From an uncultured Chlamydiales bacterium (lineage in GTDB: Bacteria > Chlamydiota > Chlamydiia > Chlamydiales > Rhabdochlamydiaceae): DNA of 64,000 bases. The stretch is taken from positions 1,760,001 through 1,824,000 of the forward strand of contig OY969554.1 in NCBI GenBank assembly GCA_963700985.1. Reading direction: 5' to 3'. A program made the translations under genes and the position numbers. Under the pieces are notes generated by a model that worked only from the letters and a program-made list of their open reading frames with translations, was not told the origin of the DNA and ran no database searches. Positions within the stretch are counted from its first letter, which is position 1; each line of letters begins with the position of its first letter. Shown here piece by piece: positions 10,578 to 20,743 of the stretch.

Positions 10578-10949
10578 TTACTTAGGACGTTTTGCCCCAT
10601 ATTTGGATCGGCTCTTCTTGCGGTCTTTTACTGCTGCACAATCCAAGCTGCCTCGTACAATGTGGTAGCGTACGCCAGGAAGATCCTTTACACGACCGCC
10701 TCTTACTAGAACGATACTGTGCTCTTGGAGGTTGTGGCCTTCGCCGCCGATGTATGCAATCACCTCTTGACCATTAGAAAGACGCACCCAAGCTACTTTA
10801 CGTAGGGCTGAGTTAGGCTTTTTAGGGGTTTTGGTTTTTACTTGCAGACAAACGCCTCGTTTTTGAGGGCATTTTTGTAGTGCAGGGGATTTTTTGCGCT
10901 TTTTTCTGACTGCGCGACCGTCGCGAATTAGCTGGTTAATGGTGGGCAT
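10578..10949 (-). CDS. rpsL: 30S ribosomal protein S12
   Basis: [28 protein letters not shown]. Confidence 0.99.
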   Translation of the reverse strand: MPTINQLIRDGRAVRKKRKKSPALQKCPQKRGVCLQVKTKTPKKPNSALRKVAWVRLSNGQEVIAYIGGEGHNLQEHSIVLVRGGRVKDLPGVRYHIVRGSLDCAAVKDRKKSRSKYGAKRPK

Positions 10950-11126
10950 TTTGTCGCCTCTCTCCTCATAGAAACATAAGATAAGCGGGGAATATATCTT
11001 GATACTGATTTATTTGCAAAACCTATCCTCGCTGGGCTGTTAAACCCTCCCCATTAGCGAGAAAATAAGATATAAAAAATAATTTTAAATCCGGTAAATA
11101 GAGAATAGCACAACATTAGGAGTGTA

Positions 11127-13070
11127 ATGCGCCGCCATTTTCTCGCAATTCTGCTTTTTCTGCTCTGCTTTGCAGTTAAGAGCCAAGGGATAGAGAAGCC
11201 TCTTTCTAACGAGGATATCCGCCCCATGATGCAGGAGATGCTTAGTTACCATGTGGAGTTTAAGGAATTTTCCTCTTTAATTGCCAAGCGTTCTTTTAAA
11301 CTTTACCTAGAACAGTTCGATGTTGAGAAAAATTACCTCCTGCAGGACGAGGCCAATAAATTTTTTGACCTCTCTGAAAAAAATGCCGAGGCCGTAGTCG
11401 AAGGCTACTATAATGATGATTTTTCACAGTATAAGGGTCTAAATGCCCTGATCGTTAAGGCTATTACGCGTAACCGCCTGATGCGCGAAGAGATCGAAAG
11501 AGAGCTGATTTTGAACTTTGATGAGCCCAAAGCTGCTTATGGTGAGTCCTATTTTCAACATGCCACCTCTCAAGATCAGCTTAAAGAACGTATGCGCAAA
11601 AAGCTCATCCGCTTTCTCTATACCGAGAAAAAAGAGGGCAAGGGCAGATCGTGGACGGCTGAACGTCGTGCCAAGATCTTCGCATTCCTAGAAAGACGGG
11701 TTCGACGCTACGAAGAGGCGTATTTGCCTGGCGGGCGAGAAGCACATCGTTTTTCGATGCACGTGCTTAAATCTTTTGCTAAAAGCTTAGATGCACACAC
11801 CTCATTTTTCACCCCCGAAGAAGCTTTTGACATGCGTACCAGCCTAGAAAAGCAGTTCGAGGGCGTTGGAGTGGTTCTTAAAGAAGAAGTTGAAGGAGTG
11901 ATGATCATCGACCTGATTAAGGGTGGACCGGCAGAAAGAAATGGTCAAATCTCACCTGGTGACATGCTGGTTGAAATTGATGGCAAATCTGTGGTCGGAG
12001 ATCTTTATGAGACCGTGCTCGACAAAATGAAAGGCGCCGGCAGTAAAGATATAGTGCTTGGCGTAAGGCGTTTTGAAGAAAATGGAAATGAGCGCCTCTT
12101 GCGCGTGGGGCTTAAGCGCGAGAAGATTATCATGCAAAATGAACGTTTAAGCGCCGTGGCCGAGCCCTTTGGAGATGGCCTCATCGCTAAACTCACCCTT
12201 CCTTCCTTTTATGACAGTGACGAGGGAACCAGCTGCGAAAAAGATATGCGCGAGGCGCTAAAAAACTTCAAAGCAAGTGGAAAGATCCGTGGTGTGGTCT
12301 TAGATATGCGTGAAAATTTGGGCGGATTCCTCAATCAAGCGGTAAAAGTTGCCGGCCTCTTCATTAGCAGTGGTGTGATCGTCATCTCAAAATATGCCCA
12401 CGGCGAGCTTCAATATTTACGAGACATCGATGGCAGAGTTTTCTATACCGGCCCCTTGATCGTGCTGACCTCAAAGGCCTCGGCGTCGGCAGCTGAGATC
12501 GTTGCCCAGGCCCTGCAAGATTATGGCGCGGCAATAGTCGTAGGTGATGAAAGGACATACGGCAAAGGCAGCATTCAGTATCAAAACGTCACTGAACGAG
12601 GTGCCACAGCCTTTTTTAAAGTGACCGTCGGGAAATATTATACGGTTTCTGGAAGATCGACACAGATTGAAGGGGTAAAAGCCGATATCGTCGTTCCCAC
12701 AGAATATTCTGTATATAACATTGGCGAGCGCTTTCTCGAGTATCCCTTGAAAAATGACAGGCTTCCTTCCGCTTACGTCGAGCCTATCTCTGAGGCTGAT
12801 AAGAAAAAAGAGCACTGGTGGCAGCGGCGAGCGCTTCCCCACATGCAGAAAAAATCTTTTTGGGACCAACTCTGTCCCCTACTCAAGCTCAATAGCAGCT
12901 ATAGACTGGAGCGCAATAAAGACTTTCAACTTTTCTTGAAAAGCTTGAAGCCAGGTGCTGGGCAAGACTTGAAGAAAGGCGAAAATTGGGGGTTCGAAGA
13001 CCTGCAGATGCATGAGGCGGTCAATATCCTTAAAGATATGATTCTTCAGCAGGCTCCCGTACAAAATTAG
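11127..13070 (+). CDS. tsp: Tail-specific protease (S41 family, PDZ domain)
   Basis: Signal peptide, FEGVGVVL PDZ loop, LDMRENLGG, SASAAEI catalytic serine motif, TYGKG. Confidence 0.93.
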   Translation: MRRHFLAILLFLLCFAVKSQGIEKPLSNEDIRPMMQEMLSYHVEFKEFSSLIAKRSFKLYLEQFDVEKNYLLQDEANKFFDLSEKNAEAVVEGYYNDDFSQYKGLNALIVKAITRNRLMREEIERELILNFDEPKAAYGESYFQHATSQDQLKERMRKKLIRFLYTEKKEGKGRSWTAERRAKIFAFLERRVRRYEEAYLPGGREAHRFSMHVLKSFAKSLDAHTSFFTPEEAFDMRTSLEKQFEGVGVVLKEEVEGVMIIDLIKGGPAERNGQISPGDMLVEIDGKSVVGDLYETVLDKMKGAGSKDIVLGVRRFEENGNERLLRVGLKREKIIMQNERLSAVAEPFGDGLIAKLTLPSFYDSDEGTSCEKDMREALKNFKASGKIRGVVLDMRENLGGFLNQAVKVAGLFISSGVIVISKYAHGELQYLRDIDGRVFYTGPLIVLTSKASASAAEIVAQALQDYGAAIVVGDERTYGKGSIQYQNVTERGATAFFKVTVGKYYTVSGRSTQIEGVKADIVVPTEYSVYNIGERFLEYPLKNDRLPSAYVEPISEADKKKEHWWQRRALPHMQKKSFWDQLCPLLKLNSSYRLERNKDFQLFLKSLKPGAGQDLKKGENWGFEDLQMHEAVNILKDMILQQAPVQN

Positions 13071-13158
13071 ACCTGCCGCCAAAGAAGTCTATTGCGAAAA
13101 ATCTTTTCCCTTTCTATCGTGTTCTTCGTCTTCTAAGATAGACCACGTCTTCTATTAA

Positions 13159-13223
<65 letters not shown>

Positions 13224-13231
<8 letters not shown>

Positions 13232-13276
13232 TATTTTTTTCCCAAAAAAAATTTGGACAAAAGCAAGCCAACAGTT
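13224..13276 (+). repeat. Left att-like direct repeat
   Basis: tctggccatatttttttcccaaaaaaaatttggacaaaagcaagccaacagtt. Confidence 0.9.
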
Positions 13277-13350
13277 AGGGCGGTCTATCCGGGTTCTAAT
13301 TAATGATCAAACGAGATCAGCTATACGCGTGGATCAGCTTTGCAAGAGTT

Positions 13351-13617
13351 TTAACCGTAGGTAATGCCACCCTTTTTTTGAACTGAATACACTGTAGAGC
13401 GCGCAATAAAAGCTTCTTTAGCGAGATGCGATTTACTTGCTGCCTCGAGAAAGGTTGCAATCACTTCCATTACGCCATCTGAGTCACCTTCTTTGAGACA
13501 TTCCCATATGGCACGACCAATGAAATCTTCATTGAGAAGTTCCTCAGTTGGGTTAATTTCTCTGACGCGAGCGTTTTCTTTAAGCATCATAATACCTCTA
13601 TCTCTCGAACGAGACAT
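13351..13617 (-). CDS. Addiction-module antidote-like HTH protein (possibly truncated)
   Basis: AIWECLKEGD..GVMEVI....KSHLAKEAFIARSTVYS resembles XRE-type antidote proteins; no cognate toxin recognised. Confidence 0.55.
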   Translation of the reverse strand: MSRSRDRGIMMLKENARVREINPTEELLNEDFIGRAIWECLKEGDSDGVMEVIATFLEAASKSHLAKEAFIARSTVYSVQKKGGITYG

Positions 13618-13711
13618 TTTCCTGGTTCCTCTTGGTCTGCCAAGAGGGTTCCCGAATGCCCTTTTCGTAAACTTCCCCTGTTTTTTCTTGTTTTATCAGG
13701 CATATCTATGT

Positions 13712-14036
13712 CTATGGGATTTCATGGTACATATCATGATGTTGGGCGTAGCCGGTTCCAGGAGGCGACATGGGGCGAGCGCCTTTGGAACGTAAGAGAT
13801 CGGAAATTGATTTGTTCTTTTCAGAAATAGCAACCTGGTAGGGTGTTAATCCACTTTTATCTGCAGAGTGGATATCAGCCCCTAGGTTAACCATGCGTTT
13901 GACTAGTTCAAGCTTTTTACGTGGTTCTAAGAGGGCTTTGATTAATAATTGCAAGGGGCGATGTCCATTCCAAGAAACGTCATTAACATTAGCGTCCGGC
14001 GTTTAAGATTTTCGTCACGGATTGAACTAATTCATC
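13712..14036 (-). pseudogene. Ankyrin-repeat protein, frameshifted
   Basis: GADIHSADKSGLTPYQVA..ISDLLRSKGA ankyrin repeat. Upstream ANVNDVSWNGHRPLQLL continues in frame, then KILNAG is reached across a frameshift. Confidence 0.6.
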
Positions 14037-14101
14037 TCCTTTTCTCTTGATTAAAGCTTCTCCTAAAGAAGGTAATGGTGTTATGAGATTGATACGATGC
14101 T

Positions 14102-15084
14102 CTAGATTGGACAAAATGTCAGAATATCATCAAAACTGACGGGTTCAGTAAGATACATATCCCGCATCAACTGGTAATCACGTCGCAATTCAGGCAGTCT
14201 TTCAGCTCTAGGAACAAGGCGAAAGGTTCCAGGTTTGGCTTGGGTGTAGTTTGCCGACGAATTACCAAAGAATAGATTTTTCCATGAAACGACTCTGTCT
14301 CGAAGATCATGGTGATCAATAGCTTTGATTGCTTCTGGATGATTTGCAAGTACCGCAGTATCAGCATAATGACGGGAAAATCTATCTCGCATTGGTTTAT
14401 CAAGTGGTCGATGATATTCTGCATGTAGAATCGTAGCTTTTTCCCAGAAAGTTCGCTCGATCTCTAGAGCTATGACTTCACATTGCCAATCAGGAAATGC
14501 TGTGGGGAAAACCTCAGCAATCCAAGGTCGTATTGGATGACGTCCAGTGGGTTGCTGATCAGTTAGAGAGCCGAACTCAAGTTTTACAGAACGTTTGATA
14601 TAGGCAAATCCTGTTGGTAGCGATGATGGATAATGAAAAAGAATTACTGGTGAATTGGTTTGAGGGTCTTTTAAAAACTCGAATCTTGCCTGCTCATTTT
14701 TTCCTAATACGTCCAATGTCAATGCTTCTAACGCCGGCATAATCTGAGTTTGAACAGCAATTTCACATACCTCTTCAGCTTTTTTCCACCATTTATCAGC
14801 TTGACTGCGATTTGCAGCGGTTTCAGGAAGTCCAAGAAAAGAGGGGACAGCGAAAGATCAATATCTTCAGAAAACCGATTGATCGCGCCAAATACCTTTG
14901 ATAGCGAGGTGCCTCCTTTGAATACGAGGCTATCAGCAAATTCTGACTCGAACAGAATACCGAGTAACCAGCATACCCAAAAATCTTTTTCCATGATTAC
15001 AGGGGATATATTTCTCTGAATGGCAGCTTGTTCAATGTACAGGCGTCGTTCGTCAGAAGATAATTTTAAAAAGTTAAGTTTCAC
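14102..15084 (-). pseudogene. AbiEii/AbiGii-family nucleotidyltransferase toxin, split by frameshift
   Basis: EKDFWV, FKGGTSLSK..I.RFSEDIDL in 14728..15084; KLEFG, ERTFWEKATILH, RFSRHYAD in 14102..14740. Adding one T in the T-run near 14838 joins them (LFLGLPETAANRSQADKWWKKAEEVC). Confidence 0.85.
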
Positions 15085-15085
15085 T

Positions 15086-15708
15086 TCAAGCCTCCTCGGC
15101 TAATTCCCTGAAAATAGAATGCATCCATTCTGGCGCAAGTCGAATATCTTTGAGTAGTTCTTGTCGTTTATTCAGTGGAATAATCCGCTTTAAATGTTCA
15201 AGCCGTTCTGCGGTGACATTTTCTTTGCCTAATTCACGGAGAGCTTGAACCAGAAGTCCACTGAGTCGACCTGCCATCGCCATATTTTTGGGGGTTGTTC
15301 GCCGAAGCTGAATGGTTGTTGCGCCGATTTTTACCGTTCGGCTTGGCCCATCTGTCAGAAATACAACTTTAGCTGGAACCTGTTCGGATAGTCCTAGGAT
15401 ATTTGCTGCATAAGCCCCGTTGGTTGAATACGTGTGCAATCGCGGCCAACTAATGCTTCTGCTATTTTTTCTGGAGACGGTTGAAGTTTTCCAAGCTTAG
15501 GGTGTTCTTTAGGAAAATCATATATTCCTCTTGCAAGGCGGCGAATAGTTCCTTTTCGAACGAGTCGATGAAGAACAATATCGACAGCTTGTCGACTACC
15601 AAGATTTAAGAAATCCGTTGGAACAAATACAGCACCATATCCACGGGCATTTATAGCCTTAAGTATTTGATAATCAATGCTTTTTGGTTTTTTTTGATTA
15701 TTCTTCAT
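15086..15708 (-). pseudogene. AbiEi-like (DUF6088-type) antitoxin, split by frameshift
   Basis: VFVPTDFLNLGSRQAVDIVLHRLVRKGTIRRLARGIYDFP plus GAYAANILGLSEQVPAKVVFLTDGPSR. Restoring one G in a G-run near 15417 joins the halves. Confidence 0.85.
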
Positions 15709-15841
15709 GTAAGAAATGTTAACATGTTTTTCTTACAAATGCAAGGATTTTTCGGTTTTTTTTGCTAACCATATGCAATACACTCATAATCAATAAGTTG
15801 ATTGTTTGTAATGTTAGAAAAATTGCTACGTTTTTCTTACA
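15708..15841. promoter_or_regulatory. Two inverted-repeat operator candidates upstream of the abiE-like operon
   Basis: tgtaagaaa-N12-tttcttaca (15708-15737) and tgttagaaaaa-N8-tttttcttaca (15812-15841). Confidence 0.6.
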
Positions 15842-15996
15842 AAACGAAAAAAATAGGCAGAAAAGTACTCATCAGAGGATCGGCGAAGCTAGACCTTTAG
15901 ATTTTTATAAAGTATTTATTTTTATCCAAGCCTAGAAATCAACCTGGAAAAACCCAGAACCCCAGTTTTTCTAGGTTCATTAGTCTTAAAAATATT

Positions 15997-16371
15997 CTAA
16001 TAAGACTTGCCTAGCTCCTCTTGCTCCAGCAATGCAAGTTCTTCATCAGTCAGAGCCGTTTCTACCAACTCAATAGGCACGCCTTGCTCTTCAATCATGG
16101 CAACGCGGTATCCTTTTAATGGGCTATAAGGACCAAAAAGAATTTTACATCCTTTGATCTCAGCATCTAAATCATCAACTTGAAAGGCGATATGAGGGAC
16201 TTGGGTTACCAATTCTGGGAGGCCGTGTCCTTCTGGAAAACGGTGCCATTGAATATGCCATTTATTTCCTTCGAAAGGGGTAGAGTAAAACTTAAAGCCA
16301 CCTACTTCAACGAGACTTTCGTCTTGTCGCTTTTCGGTAGTCGGAATTCCATAGTGATGGTATTTGCGCAT
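15997..16371 (-). CDS. VOC/glyoxalase-like protein
   Basis: YHHYGIPT, PHIAFQVDDLD and GVPIELVE paired metal-binding motifs. Confidence 0.7.
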   Translation of the reverse strand: MRKYHHYGIPTTEKRQDESLVEVGGFKFYSTPFEGNKWHIQWHRFPEGHGLPELVTQVPHIAFQVDDLDAEIKGCKILFGPYSPLKGYRVAMIEEQGVPIELVETALTDEELALLEQEELGKSY

Positions 16372-16406
16372 TTAAACCTGCTCTTTTGAATTAATGGATT
16401 TATTGT

Positions 16407-18395
16407 TTATTTATCCAATTTTTTAACCCAGGCCATGTGGTCGTCAAAAGCTTGTTCTTGTGAGCGGATATGCTCTTCGGGAATAACGCCGTCTACCGCA
16501 GCGTCGGCAATCGTCTTCTTATACTTAATCCGCTCATATCGCATTTGGCACCAAGAACGCCTTTCTCCCTGAGATTCTATGAATGTAATGGGGATAACAA
16601 TTTCAACTTGTTTTTTTGTTTGCCCTTGTCGATATACGCGACCGTACAATTGCTCAAATTCAGCTCCCGTCCAGGGAAGAGATGCGATAATTACACGGGA
16701 ACATACTTTTTGGAGACCATCAACTCCTGTGCTGATACATCTTGAAGCTATTAAAACATCAATATTTCCGTTGATAAAATTGTCCAAAGATTCTTTTTCC
16801 TGACCTGAGAATACTGCAACAGTATAACCTGCTTCTATAGCGGCTCTTCTGATCATTTCAACTATAGAATCGACATAGTGACAGTAAATCAGAGTTTTCT
16901 TCGTAATCTCTTTTAATATTATAGGAAGCTTGACTTTCATAAGGCTTGTTTCAAGACTCAAAATGTCCCTTTTACCTATTTGCTTTATTTCCGAAATGAG
17001 CTGCGAACAATCCAGCTCAACGCAGCGAATAGCTAAGCTGGCTGTATATTTGGGTTTAATTCTCACTCCGTAGCGAGTTAGCATTTGATAGAGCGCCATG
17101 CAATTTTGCATTGTATTCTTGGTCTCTATCCCATCGAATGATTGTCCTGTAATGAGTTCAAGTAGGGTTTTCCCTTCATAAATGTTGTTGATAACTGGAG
17201 TCGCTGACATTCCCAAGACATGTAGAGCAGGATTGATTTCTCCTAATTTCTGTAAGAACCAAAAAACATTATTCTTTCTAATGGACATCTTGTTCTTTTC
17301 GCGTTGCTTTGTGAAGTGAACTTCATCCAAGATGCAAAAGTCTATCTGATGATTATTAATCAAGTTTTGCAGCTCATGCCTGCTAAAAGGTTGTTGGAAG
17401 TACTCATAATTTAAAACTAGGTAGACTGGTGTTCCAAAATCAACGCTAGATGTTCGCAATGAGTCTTTGATGACCACTTTAGCATGAGGAAATGCGCGAG
17501 GAATGGTCTTTTCCCATTCTGGAATGACATTATTAGGGCAGATGATTACTGTTACCTTTGCCCCAATTAGTTTCGACGCAATTACAGCGGAGAGAGTTTT
17601 CCCTGCACCGGTTCCAGACCAATTACCAAGTCTTTTCTCTTTGAGCATTTTAAAGCAAATAAGTCGTTGCATGAGATTTGGAGTGATGCTTTGATCTGCA
17701 ATACTAGGGAGTATTAAGCTGCTTGCGCCTTCGTATTCCTCTAAAAATGCAGATTTAACTTCTTCGGAGTATACATCTCCCTGAAAGTTCTTAATTTGTT
17801 GCACAGCCACGTGCTCATCAATAGCGGCATGCTGCCAACTTTTTAGTTTGGCAGAAGCTATAAAGAACTGCACAGCATCCTCATCTGTCACTATGGAAGC
17901 GGCTCTGTCCAAAGCTTCTAAAGCGGCCTGTGCTTGTATATTTGGAAGAATATTGAGAGGATCTGTCTCATCAGGCTGAGTATTTTCAAGAGCGGTTGAT
18001 ATACTTTGCTGCTTCTCTTGTTCCTGATCAGCGTTAATTAATTCCTGTGACAAGAAATCATCGACTTTTGAAGGCGCTCCTTCTGAGAATGCTATCAATT
18101 CATCCTTCGTGAGTTTTTTACTTTGGATAGCTTTTGCAATAGCCTTCGCTTGCCCATTGCTACTTAACGCACCACTTCTTTCAAAAAGCACAAATAATTC
18201 GGCGGGGGTTAAATTTGGGATATGATTGGCTAATGATTTTACAAAGAGTCGCATGCGATCAATAGTCCATCTTGAACAAAAAGGGCAGCCTCTTTTTTCT
18301 AGCTCCCGTTCGAGAATAAATGTGAGCTTCCCACTCGTGGTTACAGTCTTTTGAACACAACCAGAAAGCTTTCTTATCGCTTCCAGGTGAAACAT
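16407..18395 (-). CDS. Superfamily 2 (DEAD/DEAH, SNF2/ResIII-like) helicase; C-terminal part of a larger frameshifted gene
   Basis: GTGAGKT (motif I), DEVH (II), SAT (III), STGVDGLQ (V), QLYGRVYRQGQ (VI). Confidence 0.85.
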   Translation of the reverse strand: MFHLEAIRKLSGCVQKTVTTSGKLTFILERELEKRGCPFCSRWTIDRMRLFVKSLANHIPNLTPAELFVLFERSGALSSNGQAKAIAKAIQSKKLTKDELIAFSEGAPSKVDDFLSQELINADQEQEKQQSISTALENTQPDETDPLNILPNIQAQAALEALDRAASIVTDEDAVQFFIASAKLKSWQHAAIDEHVAVQQIKNFQGDVYSEEVKSAFLEEYEGASSLILPSIADQSITPNLMQRLICFKMLKEKRLGNWSGTGAGKTLSAVIASKLIGAKVTVIICPNNVIPEWEKTIPRAFPHAKVVIKDSLRTSSVDFGTPVYLVLNYEYFQQPFSRHELQNLINNHQIDFCILDEVHFTKQREKNKMSIRKNNVFWFLQKLGEINPALHVLGMSATPVINNIYEGKTLLELITGQSFDGIETKNTMQNCMALYQMLTRYGVRIKPKYTASLAIRCVELDCSQLISEIKQIGKRDILSLETSLMKVKLPIILKEITKKTLIYCHYVDSIVEMIRRAAIEAGYTVAVFSGQEKESLDNFINGNIDVLIASRCISTGVDGLQKVCSRVIIASLPWTGAEFEQLYGRVYRQGQTKKQVEIVIPITFIESQGERRSWCQMRYERIKYKKTIADAAVDGVIPEEHIRSQEQAFDDHMAWVKKLDK

Positions 18396-19590
18396 CGAAG
18401 GGAGTTAAAGAACCATTCTTTGTAGGATGCCATTCAGTTAGCTATTTGAGGATAAACAGTTGCAAGGGAGTTACTATTTTGAACTTTTCGATTTATGCAA
18501 AAAGGGCATCCAGAACCTTTGTCTCTATATGTGCCCGCTCTATCACATACTATGGCATCCCAGCGATGGGAAGAGTTGCTCGTGCATATCCAAAATAGCT
18601 TTAGATTTAGAGGTAAAAGTTATTTGGTCTGGGAATAGTCCATGTTGAGCATTCCTTTCATAGTCCCATTCTTTTGTCAAAGACAGGATGAGTTTTTAGT
18701 AAGCAATTTGCATCTGTTGCTTTTCGATTCAAACAAATAGGGCACTCGCTTCCTCTCGTCACATTTCTCTTTAAAGCTATCACGCGACTTTTGACTGTTT
18801 GTTCCCATTCATGAGAAGAATTTTTTTCACAAACCCAGACGGCTTTGAAATTAGAGCCGGATAGAAACAGTTTCTGCTTTTTGTGGGAGATTTTTTGTCT
18901 TATGCCATTGACCTGCTAATGAGGAGTATAATGCTTTTAATCCATTACATTCGGGGCAGAGATTTTTATTACCCTTCGTTAAATTGTTTACACCTTGTAA
19001 ACGAGAGGCTTCGTAAGAATGTGACTGAGCGCAAAGCCACCATATAGGTTTGCGATGGTTAGGAGATACTTGTGTTAGGTCGAGGTTAAAGTTTTTTTTC
19101 TTGATCTATCTGACTTACAAGCTCAGGGTATTTAGAGAGGAGGCTGTCTTCAAACGTTACTTTGTGGCCTGAGCAAAACGGGCAGCCATTTCCTGCGGTT
19201 TTTGCACCAATCACCGCTTCCCACTCATGCCCTACCCCCTCAGCGCAAATCCACCAGGCTTTTTTGCTGCTAAATGGACTTACGTCAAATGGAGTGATGG
19301 TTTTATTTTTTGTAGGATGCCAGTGCCTTGCTACGTCAGGTTTTAAGATCCCCAAGCTGTTGTTCTTAGTAACACGCCTGCCAGAACAGAAAGGGCATCC
19401 TCTGCCTCTGATTGACTCTGTCACAGACGGTTGCTTCCCATACATGATCTTCGCCTTTAGGGCATTTCCACCAAATCTTACGACTACTTCCCAAGGTAAT
19501 CGTTTCTTTTGAAAGGCTTTGGTTTTTTTCAGGGTGCCACTCCTCGATAAGTTGAGGAAATTTGCTAAGAGGAAACTCATTCGTTTTCAT
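18280..19590 (-). pseudogene. Tandem zinc-ribbon (DUF4379/treble-clef-like) repeats, frameshifted N-terminal part of the helicase gene
   Basis: About six units of EWHP.KN...WW.C...H.WEA....R....GCP.C, read across several frames. Confidence 0.8.
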
Positions 19591-19691
19591 TAGCAGCGTC
19601 TCATTTTTCTTGCATTAAAGGTAATTTATGATACAGTTATCTGCAAAAAAATCAATGGAATTTTCAAAACTGATATAAGAAGGAGTTCGGA

Positions 19692-20025
19692 ATGAAACCT
19701 ATAACTTTCCATCGTGCAATTAAATTTCTCCTAACAGAGCGAACAGTAAGAAGCTACGAAGAGCTAGTTAACAAAAAACTTCAAATTTTAGATGCTATAG
19801 CCGGGCAGCAGGGATGGTGTGACTTTGAAGAGGAGTATTGTATGGGGACAGTGTAGAACGTCAGACAAAATGATGAAGAAGCGAAGTATCTATTTCAAAA
19901 TCTATTCAAGATAAATGATGTAAAAGAATTTGAGGATAAGTATGGAGTGCAGGTTAGTTGCGAACTCTGTTCCGCTTTCACAAGGTGGGGACTGGCGGGA
20001 ATATTCAGTAGATACAAGGGGTAAG
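19692..20025 (+). pseudogene. Interrupted hypothetical ORF
   Basis: AAGGAG RBS, then MKPITFHRAIKFLL...YCMGTV*NVRQNDEEAKYLF...FSRYKG* with an internal stop. Confidence 0.3.
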
Positions 20026-20525
20026 CTCCAATTTCGAATAGAAGAGAAATTGAAAAAATCTTACCCGTATCAACAGAACTCATATACTGCAAAAGGCGTT
20101 TTGATTGTTGAGTTACTCGACCTTGCATTCGCGGGTTTAAAAACGATGTAGAGATTTCCCGATCTTATTTAGGCAGCTCGCGGTTGATATCGATCCGCTT
20201 TTTCAACAGAGTAGTTTTGACTCTATTTTACTGGTTGATGCAATGAACCTATTTGCTAAAGATGCTGAAAATTCAACGTACAAACTAAAGTGATCTTTAT
20301 AGCTAAAAGTATGAATGCGCTGACAGCGCTAGTCATTGGGGAGTCATTGGTTCTATTATGTAATAGGGAGTGATTGAGCAAGGGCTTTCTTTATCAAGAA
20401 GCCCTTTTCGATGTCAAACCGCTCTTTTCCCACTGATTTGTGAGGTAGGGCTTCACTTTGATAAGGGGTTCTAGCTCATAGAGAAGCTTCATTCCCTCGA
20501 TGAATTGGTTCGAGAACGCTCCGGC

Positions 20526-20578
20526 TCTGGCCATATTTTTTTCCCAAAAAAAATTTGGACAAAAGCAAGCCAACAGTT
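20526..20578 (+). repeat. Right att-like direct repeat
   Basis: Identical to 13224-13276; preceded by a degenerate T-arm-like ggttcga...tccggc. Confidence 0.9.
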
Positions 20579-20743
20579 TGGCTTGCGTCTGGCTGCGGAT
20601 ACACGAAGAAGGCCCGGTGGGCGTTTGCAGTGCGGAGCAGGTGAGCGGGTAGCGAACCGGCTTTCAGGACGACGACGCACGAAGTGCGCATCGCCTGAAA
20701 GAATTCCAGTTCTGATCAAAATTTTCGAAGAAAATTAACGTGC

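Noticed and set aside
7633-10949. str operon lacking tuf, with rpsJ directly after fusA
   Set aside because: This is the usual chlamydial arrangement, not a novelty.
20476-20738. Three short overlapping ORFs
   Set aside because: They lie over the att repeat and the GC-rich structured element, with no protein-like motifs.
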